The notes under the pieces were generated by a model. It did not search any database and had not been told where the DNA came from. It saw only the letters and a list, made by a program, of their open reading frames with translations. Below, in pieces: positions 1-9,985 of a DNA stretch of 50,779 nt; positions within the stretch are counted from its first letter, which is position 1, and every line of letters starts with the position of its first letter. The stretch lies in NCBI GenBank assembly GCA_964424375.1, contig CAYRIH010000001.1, positions 19,577-70,355 on the forward strand. The letters run 5' to 3'. Both the position numbers and the translations under genes were made by a program. Source of the stretch: an uncultured Candidatus Saccharibacteria bacterium. Its GTDB lineage: Bacteria > Patescibacteriota > Kazan-3B-28 > UBA10110.

Positions 1-2678
1 GTTTTAGATTTTCTAACTTTCTGACTAGGTTTTATTTGACGGCGACTAAAACTAGAAACTTTTGTTATTTTCTGAGTTTTTGCTTTGGCTGGCTTCTGGG
101 ATATAGAAGTCTTGTTTTTAACAATTTTTTGAGTTTTGCCAAGTTTGGCTTTGGCACCAAAATCTGTTTTGTTAATCTGTTTTTCTTTGTCATTTTCAAC
201 AACGTCAACAACCGCCTCATCTTTATTTCTAGCCACTAAAATAGTAAATGATGCAACCTTGTCATTACCCTTAAGACGCATTAAGGTTACTCCTTGAGTT
301 ACTCTACCCAATATTGGCACACTGGCAAGCTTTAACCGAATAACTTGACCGTTACGAGAAGTAATAATTAAATCTGCCCTTAAATCTTTTTCTATAACTT
401 CAGCACTAACCACTTTCCCAGTTCTACTAGTGATATTAATTGTCTTAATACCTAACCCCCCCCTCCTATGTAAAGTATACTGAGTTAAGTTGGTTCGTTT
501 ACCCAAACCCTGGCTGGAAATAATTAACACACAATATTTATGGTCACTTCTAGCTACATCAGCTGCTACTACTTCATCTCCAGCCCTTAAACGTATACCC
601 CGCACTCCTCTAGTGCTGCGACCCAAAAGACGTACATCTTTTTCACTGAAATGAATTGACTGACCTTCTTTGGTAATAATAATCACCGAATCATTAAGGC
701 GGGATTTTTTAACCCAAGCTAGTTCGTCACCGTCATCTAATTTAATAGCAATTAAACCAGATAAACGAATGTTGGCATATTTATGAGCAGCGGTTTTTTT
801 AATAACTCCTCGCTTGGTAATCATAATAAAATTATCATCTGGTTTATAAGCAGACATAATCAAAATGCCTGTCACTAATTCTTCTGGGGCTAATTGAATT
901 AGATTTACCATTGCTATACCTTTAGCAATCCTAGAAGCTTGAGGGACTTCATATACTCGTTGTTTAAATACCCGACCACGATTAGTGAAGAACAGGATAT
1001 CATCATGGTTTTGGGCAACTTGAATCTTTTCAATTTGGTCCTCTTCTTTAGTGGTCATCCCAATTATTCCCTTGCCACCACGTTTTTGGGCTTGATAAGT
1101 AGCAGTTGGCTGACGTTTAATATAGCCACCTTTAGTGATAGTAATAGCTACTTCTTCATTAGGCACAAGATCTTTCTCACTAAAATCTCCTAGGGTTTGT
1201 TTAACTACCTTAGTTCTCCTTTTGTCCCCGTATTTATCAGATAATTCTATGGATTCTTCTTTAATAATAGCCATAATTTTTTTAGGATCGGCTAAAATAG
1301 CTTTCAATTCTTTGATTGATTGTTGCTTTGCTTTATACTCATCCTCAACCTTTTGTTGCTCTAAGCCAGCCAAAGCCTGTAAACGCATCTCTAGTATGGC
1401 AGTAGTCTGAATTTCAGTTAGCTTAAACTTCTTCATTAAATTAGCATGGGCATCCTCTTTAGTTTTAGACTTTTTGATAGTAGCAATAACTGCATCAAGA
1501 TTATCTAAGGCAATTTTCAAACCTTCTAAGATATGAGCTCTGTCTTGAGTTTTATTTAGATCGTATTGAGTCCGGCGAGTTACAACCTTTTGACGATGGT
1601 CAATAAAATGCTGTAGAGCAGATTTAAGATTTAAAACACTAGGCTGAATTCCATCTACCAACGCCAGCAAATTCACATGAAAGACAGATTGCATCTGGGT
1701 TAGTTTAAACAATTGATTAAGCACTTTCTTGGGATAAGAATCCTTCTTTAAATCTATGGTTATCCTTATACCATCTTTATCGGATTCATCTCTCAAATCA
1801 GCTACGCCAACAATCTTTTTACTCTTAACTAAATCAGCTATCTTTTCTACTAAACTGGATTTATTAACTTGATAGGGAATTTCGGACACTACAATACGAA
1901 AACCACGATTGGTATCTTCTATTTCAGCTACTGCTCGCATAACAACCCTGCCTTTTCCAGTCAGATAAACTTGCTTAATCTCGCTAGGATTATAAATTAT
2001 GCCGCCAGTGGGAAAATCCGGACCTTTGACATGCTGTATTAAATCATCAATTGAAGCATCTGGATTATCTATCAATACAACTACTGCATTTATTAATTCT
2101 ATTAAGTTATGAGGCGGAATGCTGGTTGCCATACCTACAGCAATACCAACAGTTCCATTTAGTAATAGTTGAGGTGCCTTAGCAGGTAAAACTTTAGGTT
2201 CTCTTTTGGTGCCATCATAGTTATCCATAAAATCAACTGTATCTTTATCGATATCAGCCAGTAACTCCTCGGCGATGCGAGTCATTCTAGCTTCTGTATA
2301 ACGATAAGCAGCCGCACTATCACCGTCTACTGATCCAAAGTTACCCTGGCCGTCCACCAAAGGATATCTCATAGAAAAATCTTGTGCCATGCGTACTAAA
2401 GTTTCATATGTAGCTAAATCACCATGGGGATGATATTTACCTAAAACTTCACCAATCACTGTAGCACATTTGCGATATTTGACAGTAGAACGCAGACCCA
2501 TTTCTCCCATAGCATATAATACTCGCCGATGAACTGGCTTTAAGCCATCACGAACATCCGGCAGGGCCCGGCCAACAATTACACTCATTGCATAACTAAG
2601 ATAAGACTGTTGGATTTCCTCCTCTAAAATACGAGGCTGAATATTACCTAAAGTATCTTTATCTGGTTGGTCTTTCAT
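1..2678 (-). CDS. gyrA: DNA gyrase subunit A (C-terminal end runs off the left edge of the window)
   Basis: Absent from the ORF track because there is no stop in the window. Reverse translation from ATG at 2678-2676 reads [57 protein letters not shown]. It contains the [11 protein letters not shown] active-site Tyr motif. The frame stays open to position 3, and the last ~80 codons are a Lys-rich tail. Confidence 0.95.
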   Translation of the reverse strand, partial: MKDQPDKDTLGNIQPRILEEEIQQSYLSYAMSVIVGRALPDVRDGLKPVHRRVLYAMGEMGLRSTVKYRKCATVIGEVLGKYHPHGDLATYETLVRMAQDFSMRYPLVDGQGNFGSVDGDSAAAYRYTEARMTRIAEELLADIDKDTVDFMDNYDGTKREPKVLPAKAPQLLLNGTVGIAVGMATSIPPHNLIELINAVVVLIDNPDASIDDLIQHVKGPDFPTGGIIYNPSEIKQVYLTGKGRVVMRAVAEIEDTNRGFRIVVSEIPYQVNKSSLVEKIADLVKSKKIVGVADLRDESDKDGIRITIDLKKDSYPKKVLNQLFKLTQMQSVFHVNLLALVDGIQPSVLNLKSALQHFIDHRQKVVTRRTQYDLNKTQDRAHILEGLKIALDNLDAVIATIKKSKTKEDAHANLMKKFKLTEIQTTAILEMRLQALAGLEQQKVEDEYKAKQQSIKELKAILADPKKIMAIIKEESIELSDKYGDKRRTKVVKQTLGDFSEKDLVPNEEVAITITKGGYIKRQPTATYQAQKRGGKGIIGMTTKEEDQIEKIQVAQNHDDILFFTNRGRVFKQRVYEVPQASRIAKGIAMVNLIQLAPEELVTGILIMSAYKPDDNFIMITKRGVIKKTAAHKYANIRLSGLIAIKLDDGDELAWVKKSRLNDSVIIITKEGQSIHFSEKDVRLLGRSTRGVRGIRLRAGDEVVAADVARSDHKYCVLIISSQGLGKRTNLTQYTLHRRGGLGIKTINITSRTGKVVSAEVIEKDLRADLIITSRNGQVIRLKLASVPILGRVTQGVTLMRLKGNDKVASFTILVARNKDEAVVDVVENDKEKQINKTDFGAKAKLGKTQKIVKNKTSISQKPAKAKTQKITKVSSFSRRQIKPSQKVRKSK

Positions 2679-2849
2679 TTTATTATTAACTCTATTTAAT
2701 TTATATTACCTTACTAATAAACCAATGTTTGTCTATAAATACACATTAAAATCAATTTAAAGCAATTCCCCTACTGCTGGTACAGGCGGGCAAAATAGAA
2801 ACTAAACCCCATAACTGCTAGAAAATTACTAATTCAGAATTTTTAGGAA

Positions 2850-3929
2850 CTAAACAGTGCCCCAGGAATCAATTTGCCAATTGCTATCTCGCTCAAGCAG
2901 TATAAACAAACGATTCTGAGAAAAAGCATTGCCATCTGGTGTTTCTTTTTCTAGTTTAGCATCAATTTCTATCTTGGCATCCCCAGTTTTTCTAATACCC
3001 AATATCTTAAAATTGTTTATTTCTGACAAATCTTCTAATACCGTTGCTGGATTAAATTCGACTTCCGCCTCCGTAGTTAAATAAACTGCCATAGCATTAC
3101 CATCCCTATCCATATATGCTTGCATAAATTTAGTTACTATTCCAGAGGCTACAGATTTTTGAGCTTCCTCTTTAGAAACCAAAGTTTGCTTGTCATCTAA
3201 GTAAATTTGAACTAAATCTTCTATCTCTTTTGACATATCAAACAATTCCCTAGATAGACTAGCCTGAATAACATCATCTTTATCTGCTACTAGTAAATTA
3301 TCGTAAGCTTCATTCATTCGATTACTTAATTCTTCCAATTCTTCAACTTCTGATATATCCTCGATTAAACCACTTTCACCTCTATCAAGTAATCTTTGCA
3401 ATTGACGCAGATAAGCTATATATCCATCCAAAAAACTATTCAGCCGACTAACAAAAACATTACCCGAAAAAACATAACTTTTAGATCCTTGTAAATTATA
3501 GAATATATCTCTTAACTCTCGATTTACTCCACCCAAAGTATCCGAAAAACTCCCTTTATTTCCAGCTACTAGACTTTCAAAATCATCAACTTGAGCAAAT
3601 GCATCAGTCAACTCCATAGTAACCAATACTACTTCGTTCCAATTATCCCTCACGCTTTGCTGACTGGCACTGCCGCGGCTTTGATAAGTATAGTAATAAT
3701 ATGAAGCCAAACTGCCAATCATAATTACCAAAACTGCCACAAAAATAGCAATTAATATGCCAAAAGTTTTGGGCCGAGTTGCTTTTTGGATCTCTTCGAC
3801 CTCTTGTTCAATGATTTCCATATTGTCTTCAGATTGTTCATCTGAAGTGTCTAAATTTTTCTCTTTAGGCATACAAATCAGGTTTAAAACAGATTTATTA
3901 TACCTGTTTATACCTGCTTTTTCAATCAA
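2850..3929 (-). CDS. hypothetical membrane-anchored protein
   Basis: 359-aa ORF with an acidic N-terminus followed by one hydrophobic helix (FGILIAIFVAVLVIMIGSLASYYYY). No recognisable catalytic motif. It abuts murB. Confidence 0.6.
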   Translation of the reverse strand: MIEKAGINRYNKSVLNLICMPKEKNLDTSDEQSEDNMEIIEQEVEEIQKATRPKTFGILIAIFVAVLVIMIGSLASYYYYTYQSRGSASQQSVRDNWNEVVLVTMELTDAFAQVDDFESLVAGNKGSFSDTLGGVNRELRDIFYNLQGSKSYVFSGNVFVSRLNSFLDGYIAYLRQLQRLLDRGESGLIEDISEVEELEELSNRMNEAYDNLLVADKDDVIQASLSRELFDMSKEIEDLVQIYLDDKQTLVSKEEAQKSVASGIVTKFMQAYMDRDGNAMAVYLTTEAEVEFNPATVLEDLSEINNFKILGIRKTGDAKIEIDAKLEKETPDGNAFSQNRLFILLERDSNWQIDSWGTV

Positions 3930-3930
3930 A

Positions 3931-4857
3931 TTAAAGCTGTATCAACTTCCCTTTTGGGCTAATGCACCTTACTTCACATTCTAATTTAACATTCGTTACC
4001 TTTTTGACTTTTTTAACTACCCGATTAGCTAAATCAATAATATCTTTAGCCTTAGCCAACCGCCAATTAATAATATGCCCAGAATGTTTATTAGAGATTC
4101 TAGCTCCTTCCACGGTAAAACCCCGCATGCTCGATTTATCGATTAATCGCCAAGCCGCTGTTGATTTAGGATTCTTGAAAAAACTGCCAGCTGACGGTGC
4201 ATGAGGATGCTTTGATAAACGCAGTTCTTTTTCTTTTTGGATAGCTCGCAATATATTAACTTGTTTATCTTTTACTAACTTTAATTTAGTCCTCAAAACT
4301 ATTAAATGAGGCTGGGTTTTTAATCCAGAATGTCGATAGCTAAATTTTAAATCCACCGATTTCATTTTAATTAACCTGCCAGTTTTAACATTAAATACAT
4401 CTGTGCTAACTAAATAATCACCAATTTCATAACCATAACAACCCGCATTACCCACAACAGCACCCCCTATACTGCCAGGGATATTAGCCAAAAAATTTAA
4501 TCCCCCCAAATTATTTTTGGCTAATTCAACTACCAAATGATTAAGTTTACATCCCGCCGCTACTACCACTAGTTGCCTTTTTTTATTTATTTGAATGCTG
4601 TCGGCTATATAATGGAGCACTAACCCTCTAAAACCTTGGTCAGTAAAAAATACATTACTGCCACCACCCAAAATAAAATATGGAATATGCAGTTGGCTGG
4701 CTAGTTTAATTGCATCAACCAATAATTCTGGGCAATCAACATCCATAAATAAATCAGCCGGACCGCCAACTCTAAGAGTGCAGTAACGCGATAGTTTAAT
4801 GTCTTGCCTAACAAGGTTCTTAAATTTTCTGATAAAACTTTTATATTTGGATACCAT
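3931..4857 (-). CDS. murB: UDP-N-acetylenolpyruvoylglucosamine reductase
   Basis: RYCTLRVGGPADLF, ILGGGSNVFF FAD-binding motifs and SAGSFFKNP in the C-terminal MurB domain. Confidence 0.9.
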   Translation of the reverse strand: MVSKYKSFIRKFKNLVRQDIKLSRYCTLRVGGPADLFMDVDCPELLVDAIKLASQLHIPYFILGGGSNVFFTDQGFRGLVLHYIADSIQINKKRQLVVVAAGCKLNHLVVELAKNNLGGLNFLANIPGSIGGAVVGNAGCYGYEIGDYLVSTDVFNVKTGRLIKMKSVDLKFSYRHSGLKTQPHLIVLRTKLKLVKDKQVNILRAIQKEKELRLSKHPHAPSAGSFFKNPKSTAAWRLIDKSSMRGFTVEGARISNKHSGHIINWRLAKAKDIIDLANRVVKKVKKVTNVKLECEVRCISPKGKLIQL

Positions 4858-4868
4858 ATTTTAATACC

Positions 4869-6287
4869 CTACTGGTTACCAGCCTCAATCAGCCAATTAT
4901 GTAAATGCTGGGTGGCTATTACATCATCTTCGTTATAATCAATGATATCCTGCAAAACTTGCTTATCTTGTGTCTCTAACCATTTTTCGTACCAAAAAAT
5001 ACTTTGGGCCCCACCAGCTTTTTGATGCCGCCACTTATAATTAATAAATCTGGATTTAGCTAAATCTTTAACTGAATAAAAATATAATGGAAATATTACA
5101 CTATTTTTGACTATCTTAAAAAGATCAACTAATCTATCTTTAAATATCTCTAATTCTTTTGAGCCACCATATCTTTCTTCCAATTTTTTAATCACGGCTT
5201 TTTCATAATTAGCATAGTGATAGACTATATAATCATTAGGTAGTTCTTTAAGCCACACCAAAAAAGCTTTCCACATTTGCTTTTCATCTTCCGGCTTTTG
5301 CGCCAAAAAATATTTAAATTTTTGTTCATTGCCCAGCCAAAAACCAAACATATACTCAACTTCCAATAAAGGATCTCCTTCAATGTCAAAATATATTTTA
5401 TAGTCAGCTGATGGAATTTGTAGTTTACTCAACCATATTAACTTATCATCTTTAAGAGACTGGGCTTGCAGAACAATCCTTTTCCAGGTGGCAGTAGCAA
5501 TACCAAATTGCGGCGTTGTACAATCCAAATTAGCTACTTCATTAACCGTCTCAATACCAGCATCTCTTAACTTATATAAAGTAGTATCACGAATGTTATA
5601 AATTAAAGCAGCATCATTAACTTTTTTGCAATCACTAAGACATATATGCCCCCAGGGTGTCTGCTTACAAGCACTACGACAATGTAAATCTGGTTTCCGG
5701 CCTGCCAATACACTTAAAATTTGATTTACCCGATCGTACATTTTGGATAACAGTTCTTCTGTAATCTGTAAATCAAGCCTCTTTTTTTCCTTATTAATAA
5801 TTACTGCTTGATCTGGCAATTTATTTTGAATATCTTTTAAGACCCTAGCGTAAAAGGCCAACTGATACTCATGATCAAGTTTAATTTTTTTACTGCTTTT
5901 AATATCAACTGGCACATAAAACCAGTTGCCAAGTTTGGATTTGCCCGGCATTTTTTCTAATAAATCTGGTCGGCCGCGCCAGATATTTCCATCAATTTCA
6001 GTTTCAATTGCCCCTTGATAAATCCTATCTACACCTTGTTCCATCAATTGTCTGGTAATTTTAAAAGCTTTGCTAGGATCCTTTTCATCAACTTCTTTAA
6101 AATCTAAATCTTTTATATAATCTTTCTCATGTAAAACACCCTGCTCCATCAATTTAAGCGCTAATTCAGGCAATTCACCTTTAAGATTTGGGTCTGTATA
6201 AAGATTATGCCAAAGCCATGCTGGGCACATAGAATACTGCACAAACAAAAATGGAGAAACAACTAATTTACTTTTTGACCCAAGCAT
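4869..6287 (-). CDS. RecB-family nuclease, TM0106-like (Cas4-like PD-(D/E)xK N-terminal half plus RNase H-like C-terminal half)
   Basis: The N-terminal half has DIKSSKK and a Cys cluster (CRSACKQTPWGHICLSDC). The C-terminal half has YFDIEGDP, YHYANYE and YNEDDV exonuclease-like motifs. Confidence 0.7.
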   Translation of the reverse strand: MLGSKSKLVVSPFLFVQYSMCPAWLWHNLYTDPNLKGELPELALKLMEQGVLHEKDYIKDLDFKEVDEKDPSKAFKITRQLMEQGVDRIYQGAIETEIDGNIWRGRPDLLEKMPGKSKLGNWFYVPVDIKSSKKIKLDHEYQLAFYARVLKDIQNKLPDQAVIINKEKKRLDLQITEELLSKMYDRVNQILSVLAGRKPDLHCRSACKQTPWGHICLSDCKKVNDAALIYNIRDTTLYKLRDAGIETVNEVANLDCTTPQFGIATATWKRIVLQAQSLKDDKLIWLSKLQIPSADYKIYFDIEGDPLLEVEYMFGFWLGNEQKFKYFLAQKPEDEKQMWKAFLVWLKELPNDYIVYHYANYEKAVIKKLEERYGGSKELEIFKDRLVDLFKIVKNSVIFPLYFYSVKDLAKSRFINYKWRHQKAGGAQSIFWYEKWLETQDKQVLQDIIDYNEDDVIATQHLHNWLIEAGNQ

Positions 6288-6292
6288 ATTAC

Positions 6293-7282
6293 CTACAGTT
6301 TATGCCTATCCCCTGAAAATTCATAATTAAAAATTTTCTCTACTTCCCCAGCATTTTGACAGGCCATCAATTTTATTCTTAATTGTTTAGCCCCATCAAA
6401 ACCCGACACATAAGCCTTAAAATGCTTTTTCATATTATCAAACGGTTTTCTGCCACCTAATAATTTCTCATAAAGCTTAGTATGTTCAATTAGAACTTTC
6501 AATTTATCTAACAAAGTAATTTTACTGGGATTTTTTTTCTTATTAAAAAACCAAGGATTGCCAAATACTCCGCGACCAATCATTACTCCATCAACATCAT
6601 ATTTTTCAGCTTTTCTGTATGCCTCCGTTAAACTCTTAACATCACCATTCCCTATAATTAATGGCATTTTTTCTGGTGGAACTTCCTTTCTAATATTTTT
6701 TATAACTTGTCCTAGCATCTTCCAATCGGCTGGTACTTTGGACATTTCTTTCTTGGTGCGAGCATGAACAACAATAACAGCTGGCTGAGCTTCAATTAAA
6801 TGATTTAACCAATTAGCCAAATCTTGATTGTTGTAGCCTGTCCTAGTCTTAATTGATATCGGCAATTTTCCAGCCCCACGCTTAGTTTCACAAATAATTT
6901 CTTTGGCCAGTTCTGGATTTTTTATTAGAGCCGCTCCAGCTCCTTGTTTGCAAATAGCTTTGTCGGGGCAACCCATATTAATATCTATACCATTAAAACC
7001 AAGTTTTTTAATCAATTTGGCGCACTTATAAAAATGTTTTGGATTGGATCCAAAAATTTGGGCTACAATTGGCCGCTCTGCTTCTGTATATTTTAAGTTA
7101 ATCTCCAAATTTTTTCTGCCTTCTTTGGAACATAATCCATCACAAGCCACAAACTCAGTCCACATTACATCTGGTTTACCATATTTAGCAATAATCAAAC
7201 GATATGCGGCATCAGTAACATCTGCCATGGGTGCTAAAGCCATAATAGGCTTATTCAATTTATCCCAAAATCCCCTATTCAT
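6293..7282 (-). CDS. dus: tRNA-dihydrouridine synthase
   Basis: LAPMADVTDAAYR, NMGCP catalytic Cys loop and an FMN TIM-barrel pattern. The start is placed at the internal ATG (MNRGFWDKL); the track ORF extends to 7318. Confidence 0.88.
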   Translation of the reverse strand: MNRGFWDKLNKPIMALAPMADVTDAAYRLIIAKYGKPDVMWTEFVACDGLCSKEGRKNLEINLKYTEAERPIVAQIFGSNPKHFYKCAKLIKKLGFNGIDINMGCPDKAICKQGAGAALIKNPELAKEIICETKRGAGKLPISIKTRTGYNNQDLANWLNHLIEAQPAVIVVHARTKKEMSKVPADWKMLGQVIKNIRKEVPPEKMPLIIGNGDVKSLTEAYRKAEKYDVDGVMIGRGVFGNPWFFNKKKNPSKITLLDKLKVLIEHTKLYEKLLGGRKPFDNMKKHFKAYVSGFDGAKQLRIKLMACQNAGEVEKIFNYEFSGDRHKL

Positions 7283-7322
7283 ACATATCTTGTAACATAA
7301 AATACTCTGCCCGCACAACAGA

Positions 7323-7353
7323 GCAAAAGAAAACCACCATATTTCAGGTGGCT
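7323..7353 (-). terminator. rho-independent terminator after 7375..7809
   Basis: Minus strand reads AGCCACC-tgaaata-GGTGGTT followed by a T-run. Confidence 0.6.
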
Positions 7354-7374
7354 AGATGAGTGCGTAGAAAAAAT

Positions 7375-7809
7375 TTAAGATACAAGTGAAGACACCAATA
7401 AAATTTTTAAGCCTTCTACAAATTGATGAAAGACTTTTAGTCCATCAGGATCGTCCCCAAAAATTTCCTCCAATTCTTTGTTAATAAATTCTTCTGTGTC
7501 ATCATGAATTGTAATACGGACCTTAGTGGTTATCCCATCCTCACTATACGAATCAAAATGACCAGATTCATATAACATCCACATTACAGTAAACAAATCA
7601 CTGCTATAAGGATACGCTCCCATCACAGCAAAATGCATTTCTTGTAAAGGATGTAACTGTTCGCCTAATTCTTGTTGCAAGTTAAATATGGTTCGATGAA
7701 GTAATTCTTTGTCAGAAGAAATCCAGCAACCATACTTAAGCGCCAATTGTTTGAAAGCTAGACCAAGCAGCTCGCTGGCTGTTACTTGTTCTTTCACAGG
7801 TTTTTTCAC
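7375..7809 (-). CDS. hypothetical protein
   Basis: 144-aa ORF with an AAAGGAG Shine-Dalgarno upstream and its own terminator. No motif recognised. Confidence 0.55.
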   Translation of the reverse strand: MKKPVKEQVTASELLGLAFKQLALKYGCWISSDKELLHRTIFNLQQELGEQLHPLQEMHFAVMGAYPYSSDLFTVMWMLYESGHFDSYSEDGITTKVRITIHDDTEEFINKELEEIFGDDPDGLKVFHQFVEGLKILLVSSLVS

Positions 7810-7862
7810 TCCTTTTTTGATTTTTAAAGTCCAATGCTACTCTCAAGATATCACCCATAAAT

Positions 7863-7892
7863 ATAAAAAGCCACTACAAGTTTGAGTGGCTT
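7863..7892 (-). terminator. rho-independent terminator after 7897..8124
   Basis: AAGCCACT-loop-AGTGGCTT hairpin followed by TTTTTAT on the minus strand. Confidence 0.6.
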
Positions 7893-7896
7893 AATA

Positions 7897-8124
7897 TCAG
7901 ACAACCAACTGAATAAACACATTAACAAAATGTACACAAATTAAGATTATTCCTACAATGAACACTACCGAACAAAATATAATGACTGAAATTTGAACCT
8001 TGATCCATGTCATTATAGAACTGATATCAGTTATTATGTTGTTGATTAAATATGTTCCAAAACCAACAATAACACCTAACGCAATACTCCCAAGTGTAAA
8101 AATACACCCTAGAGTTAATGACAT
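7897..8124 (-). CDS. small two-helix membrane protein
   Basis: 75 aa, almost entirely hydrophobic. Preceded by AAGGAGATGA and by copy A of the shared promoter/5'UTR module. Confidence 0.5.
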   Translation of the reverse strand: MSLTLGCIFTLGSIALGVIVGFGTYLINNIITDISSIMTWIKVQISVIIFCSVVFIVGIILICVHFVNVFIQLVV

Positions 8125-8127
8125 GAT

Positions 8128-8205
8128 ATCATCTCCTTGTTTTTATTTTCAAGATTACAATGACACTTTAGAATAGAGCAAACCCATACATTTGTATAGG
8201 TTATG
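8128..8205 (-). promoter_or_regulatory. shared promoter/5'UTR module, copy A (contains imperfect palindrome CCTATACAAATGTATGGG)
   Basis: Aligns with 9824-9900 and 10673-10745. The plus-strand core is caaacccatacatttgtatagg at 8179-8200. Confidence 0.6.
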
Positions 8206-8242
8206 TCACCACACTGATATGAAACGCAGGGGAATTGGATAG

Positions 8243-8267
8243 GAAAACGCCCGTATAGAACGGGCGT
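8243..8267 (-). terminator. rho-independent terminator
   Basis: ACGCCCGT-tcta-tACGGGCGT hairpin followed by TTTTC on the minus strand. Confidence 0.6.
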
Positions 8268-8448
8268 AGGCACGATTGGCTATTGTAATGATTCCTTGTG
8301 AACCTTAATGTTCACACGCTGACCATTCGATTTCAGTAGGAGCCACCACACGTAGCTTCGCACAGATAGATGTTTCCACCAGACATAAGGACATACCTCC
8401 TTGTGTTATTGGTGAATAGTTTAAGTATAAACCAAATTTTTGGAATTA

Positions 8449-8470
8449 GAAAACCGCCTTGCGGCGGTTT
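8449..8470 (-). terminator. rho-independent terminator after the PyrE-PyrF fusion gene
   Basis: AAACCGCC-gcaa-GGCGGTTT followed by a T-run on the minus strand. A near-identical hairpin recurs at 9943-9962. Confidence 0.7.
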
Positions 8471-8509
8471 GTCTTTTGAGTCTCAAAAAGTTGTGATGTA
8501 CAAAAGTGC

Positions 8510-9823
8510 TTAGGAGAGTGAGCCCAGCTCTTCGCTCAGGAGACGCCGAACTTCAGCTACTGGGTTATCAGCCCCTAATATCTGCCGTCCCATAACCAGA
8601 TAATTAGAACCATCTTCTATCGCCTGTTCGGGAGTGCCGATTCTCTCCTGGTCACCTGCATCCTCTCCAACAGACCGAATGCCAGGTGTAACCAGCAACA
8701 TTCTTGGATACTTGTTTCTCAGGTCTCCCACCTCTTCAGCTGAACAGACAAGACCCTCTGCACCAGCTCTGTGAGCTATCTCAGCCAGCTTAACTACCTG
8801 ATCTGCCGGCATTCGGGTGTAAATTTCCTCACAGGTCTCCTTATCGATGCTTGTGAGTACTGTCACTACCAGCACCTTAGTGCCAACCGGCCTGAGGGTA
8901 TCCACTACAGTCTTAATCATCTTTTCGCCGCCTGATCCATGAACTGTGACCGCCCAGGGCGGGCAAGCTAACAGTCTGCTGGCGATATTGCCAACTGTGT
9001 TGGAAATGTCATGGATTTTTAGGTCTACCATGACTCGACCGTAGGTATGAAGCCGAGGGAGGAGATAATCAATACCTTGATCAAGGAGAAGATCATTGAC
9101 TTTAAGTATACATCCAGTAGTTCTCAAGGAATCGATGATAGGCAGAATTGTCTCCCAGTTTCTACCATCAAGCGCCACAATAATCGGGTTTTTCTCTTCC
9201 ATCTCTGGATCACACCGCTGCATGACTCCTAGGGTCTGAATGAGATGCCGACGCACATCATCCAGAGTCATACCGGCCCAAACTGGCAGTTGAATTCCCT
9301 GACTAGACAGCAGTTCTCGCCAGCCTTGCTGGCGATCAACTAAAACAACTAGCCCTTCAGTCCTGAGTCCCAACTCGAGACATTTCCGGTAGGGAACGAT
9401 CTTGGACTCACCATTAGTGATTACATCATCCATAATGATGACTCGATCGCCTCTTCTGGCTTTGCCGATAACTTTGGCATCAGCAACTCGTCCCTCCTTG
9501 GCCTGACCCCGAATCGTAAGATACGGAGTTTCCGTATTTACAGATAATGGGCCAGCAAAACAAGAAACCGAATCAGGCACCTCGACGAACCCGTCTACTC
9601 TTAGATACTTCAGAGGTAGAGCAAAAAGACCAGCAATAAAACTGATGGCTTCAGGGTGATTACGAGCATCCCTGAGATTGATGTAGACATCAGTCGTTCC
9701 CCCACTTTTCAGGGGCAGCTCCCGTCGGTTGTCAAACTTGAGTAAATCAAACCTTAAGAGCTGTTCGACAATTCCTGCCTGTTCATCTGGGAACAGCCAG
9801 GGTGATGAGGGTATAATCCTCAT
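8510..9823 (-). CDS. bifunctional orotate phosphoribosyltransferase / OMP decarboxylase fusion (UMP-synthase-like)
   Basis: The N-terminal half carries the PRTase signature VIIMDDVITNGES. The C-terminal half carries OMP-decarboxylase motifs IVALDG, KVNDLL, DLKIHDI, VTPGIR and MGRQI. The start is set at the ATG 8 nt after AAGGAGGT (MRIIPSS); the track ORF starts at 9850. The coding sequence is visibly GC-richer than its neighbours. Confidence 0.85.
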   Translation of the reverse strand: MRIIPSSPWLFPDEQAGIVEQLLRFDLLKFDNRRELPLKSGGTTDVYINLRDARNHPEAISFIAGLFALPLKYLRVDGFVEVPDSVSCFAGPLSVNTETPYLTIRGQAKEGRVADAKVIGKARRGDRVIIMDDVITNGESKIVPYRKCLELGLRTEGLVVLVDRQQGWRELLSSQGIQLPVWAGMTLDDVRRHLIQTLGVMQRCDPEMEEKNPIIVALDGRNWETILPIIDSLRTTGCILKVNDLLLDQGIDYLLPRLHTYGRVMVDLKIHDISNTVGNIASRLLACPPWAVTVHGSGGEKMIKTVVDTLRPVGTKVLVVTVLTSIDKETCEEIYTRMPADQVVKLAEIAHRAGAEGLVCSAEEVGDLRNKYPRMLLVTPGIRSVGEDAGDQERIGTPEQAIEDGSNYLVMGRQILGADNPVAEVRRLLSEELGSLS

Positions 9824-9900
9824 GATATGAAACCTCCTTATAGATTTCAAATAACAGTGATACTTAAGAATAAAACAAACCTAAACATTTGTATAGGTTG
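9824..9900 (-). promoter_or_regulatory. shared promoter/5'UTR module, copy B
   Basis: Plus strand reads ttcaaataacagtgatacttaagaataaaacaaacctaaacatttgtatagg. The minus strand gives TATACA-17-TATTCT, then the UTR, then AAGGAGGT. Confidence 0.6.
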
Positions 9901-9942
9901 TATTACCACACCAACATAAAGCGTGAGGAATTTGAATAGAAG

Positions 9943-9962
9943 AAAACCGCCTTTCGGCGGTT
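9943..9962 (-). terminator. rho-independent terminator after 9986..10672
   Basis: AACCGCCGAAAGGCGGTTTT on the minus strand. Confidence 0.7.
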
Positions 9963-9985
9963 ATAAATGTACAAAGCAGATTGGG

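Noticed and set aside
36-1410. Track ORFs 36..239, 939..1193 and 1135..1410 on the plus strand. Similar antisense ORFs lie inside murB, dus, dnaB, dnaX, the methyltransferase, the helicase and the bactofilin-like gene.
   Set aside because: They lie antisense to strongly supported genes, have low-complexity or hydrophobic mirror composition, and lack a Shine-Dalgarno or promoter. They are treated as shadow ORFs.
8305-8394. The 29-aa frame MSLCLVETSICAKLRVVAPTEIEWSACEH as the product of the micro-ORF unit.
   Set aside because: Its ATG is only 1 nt from the GGAGG core, which is poor spacing. The overlapping 17-aa frame has a 9-nt spacing and is the better candidate, though neither is proven.
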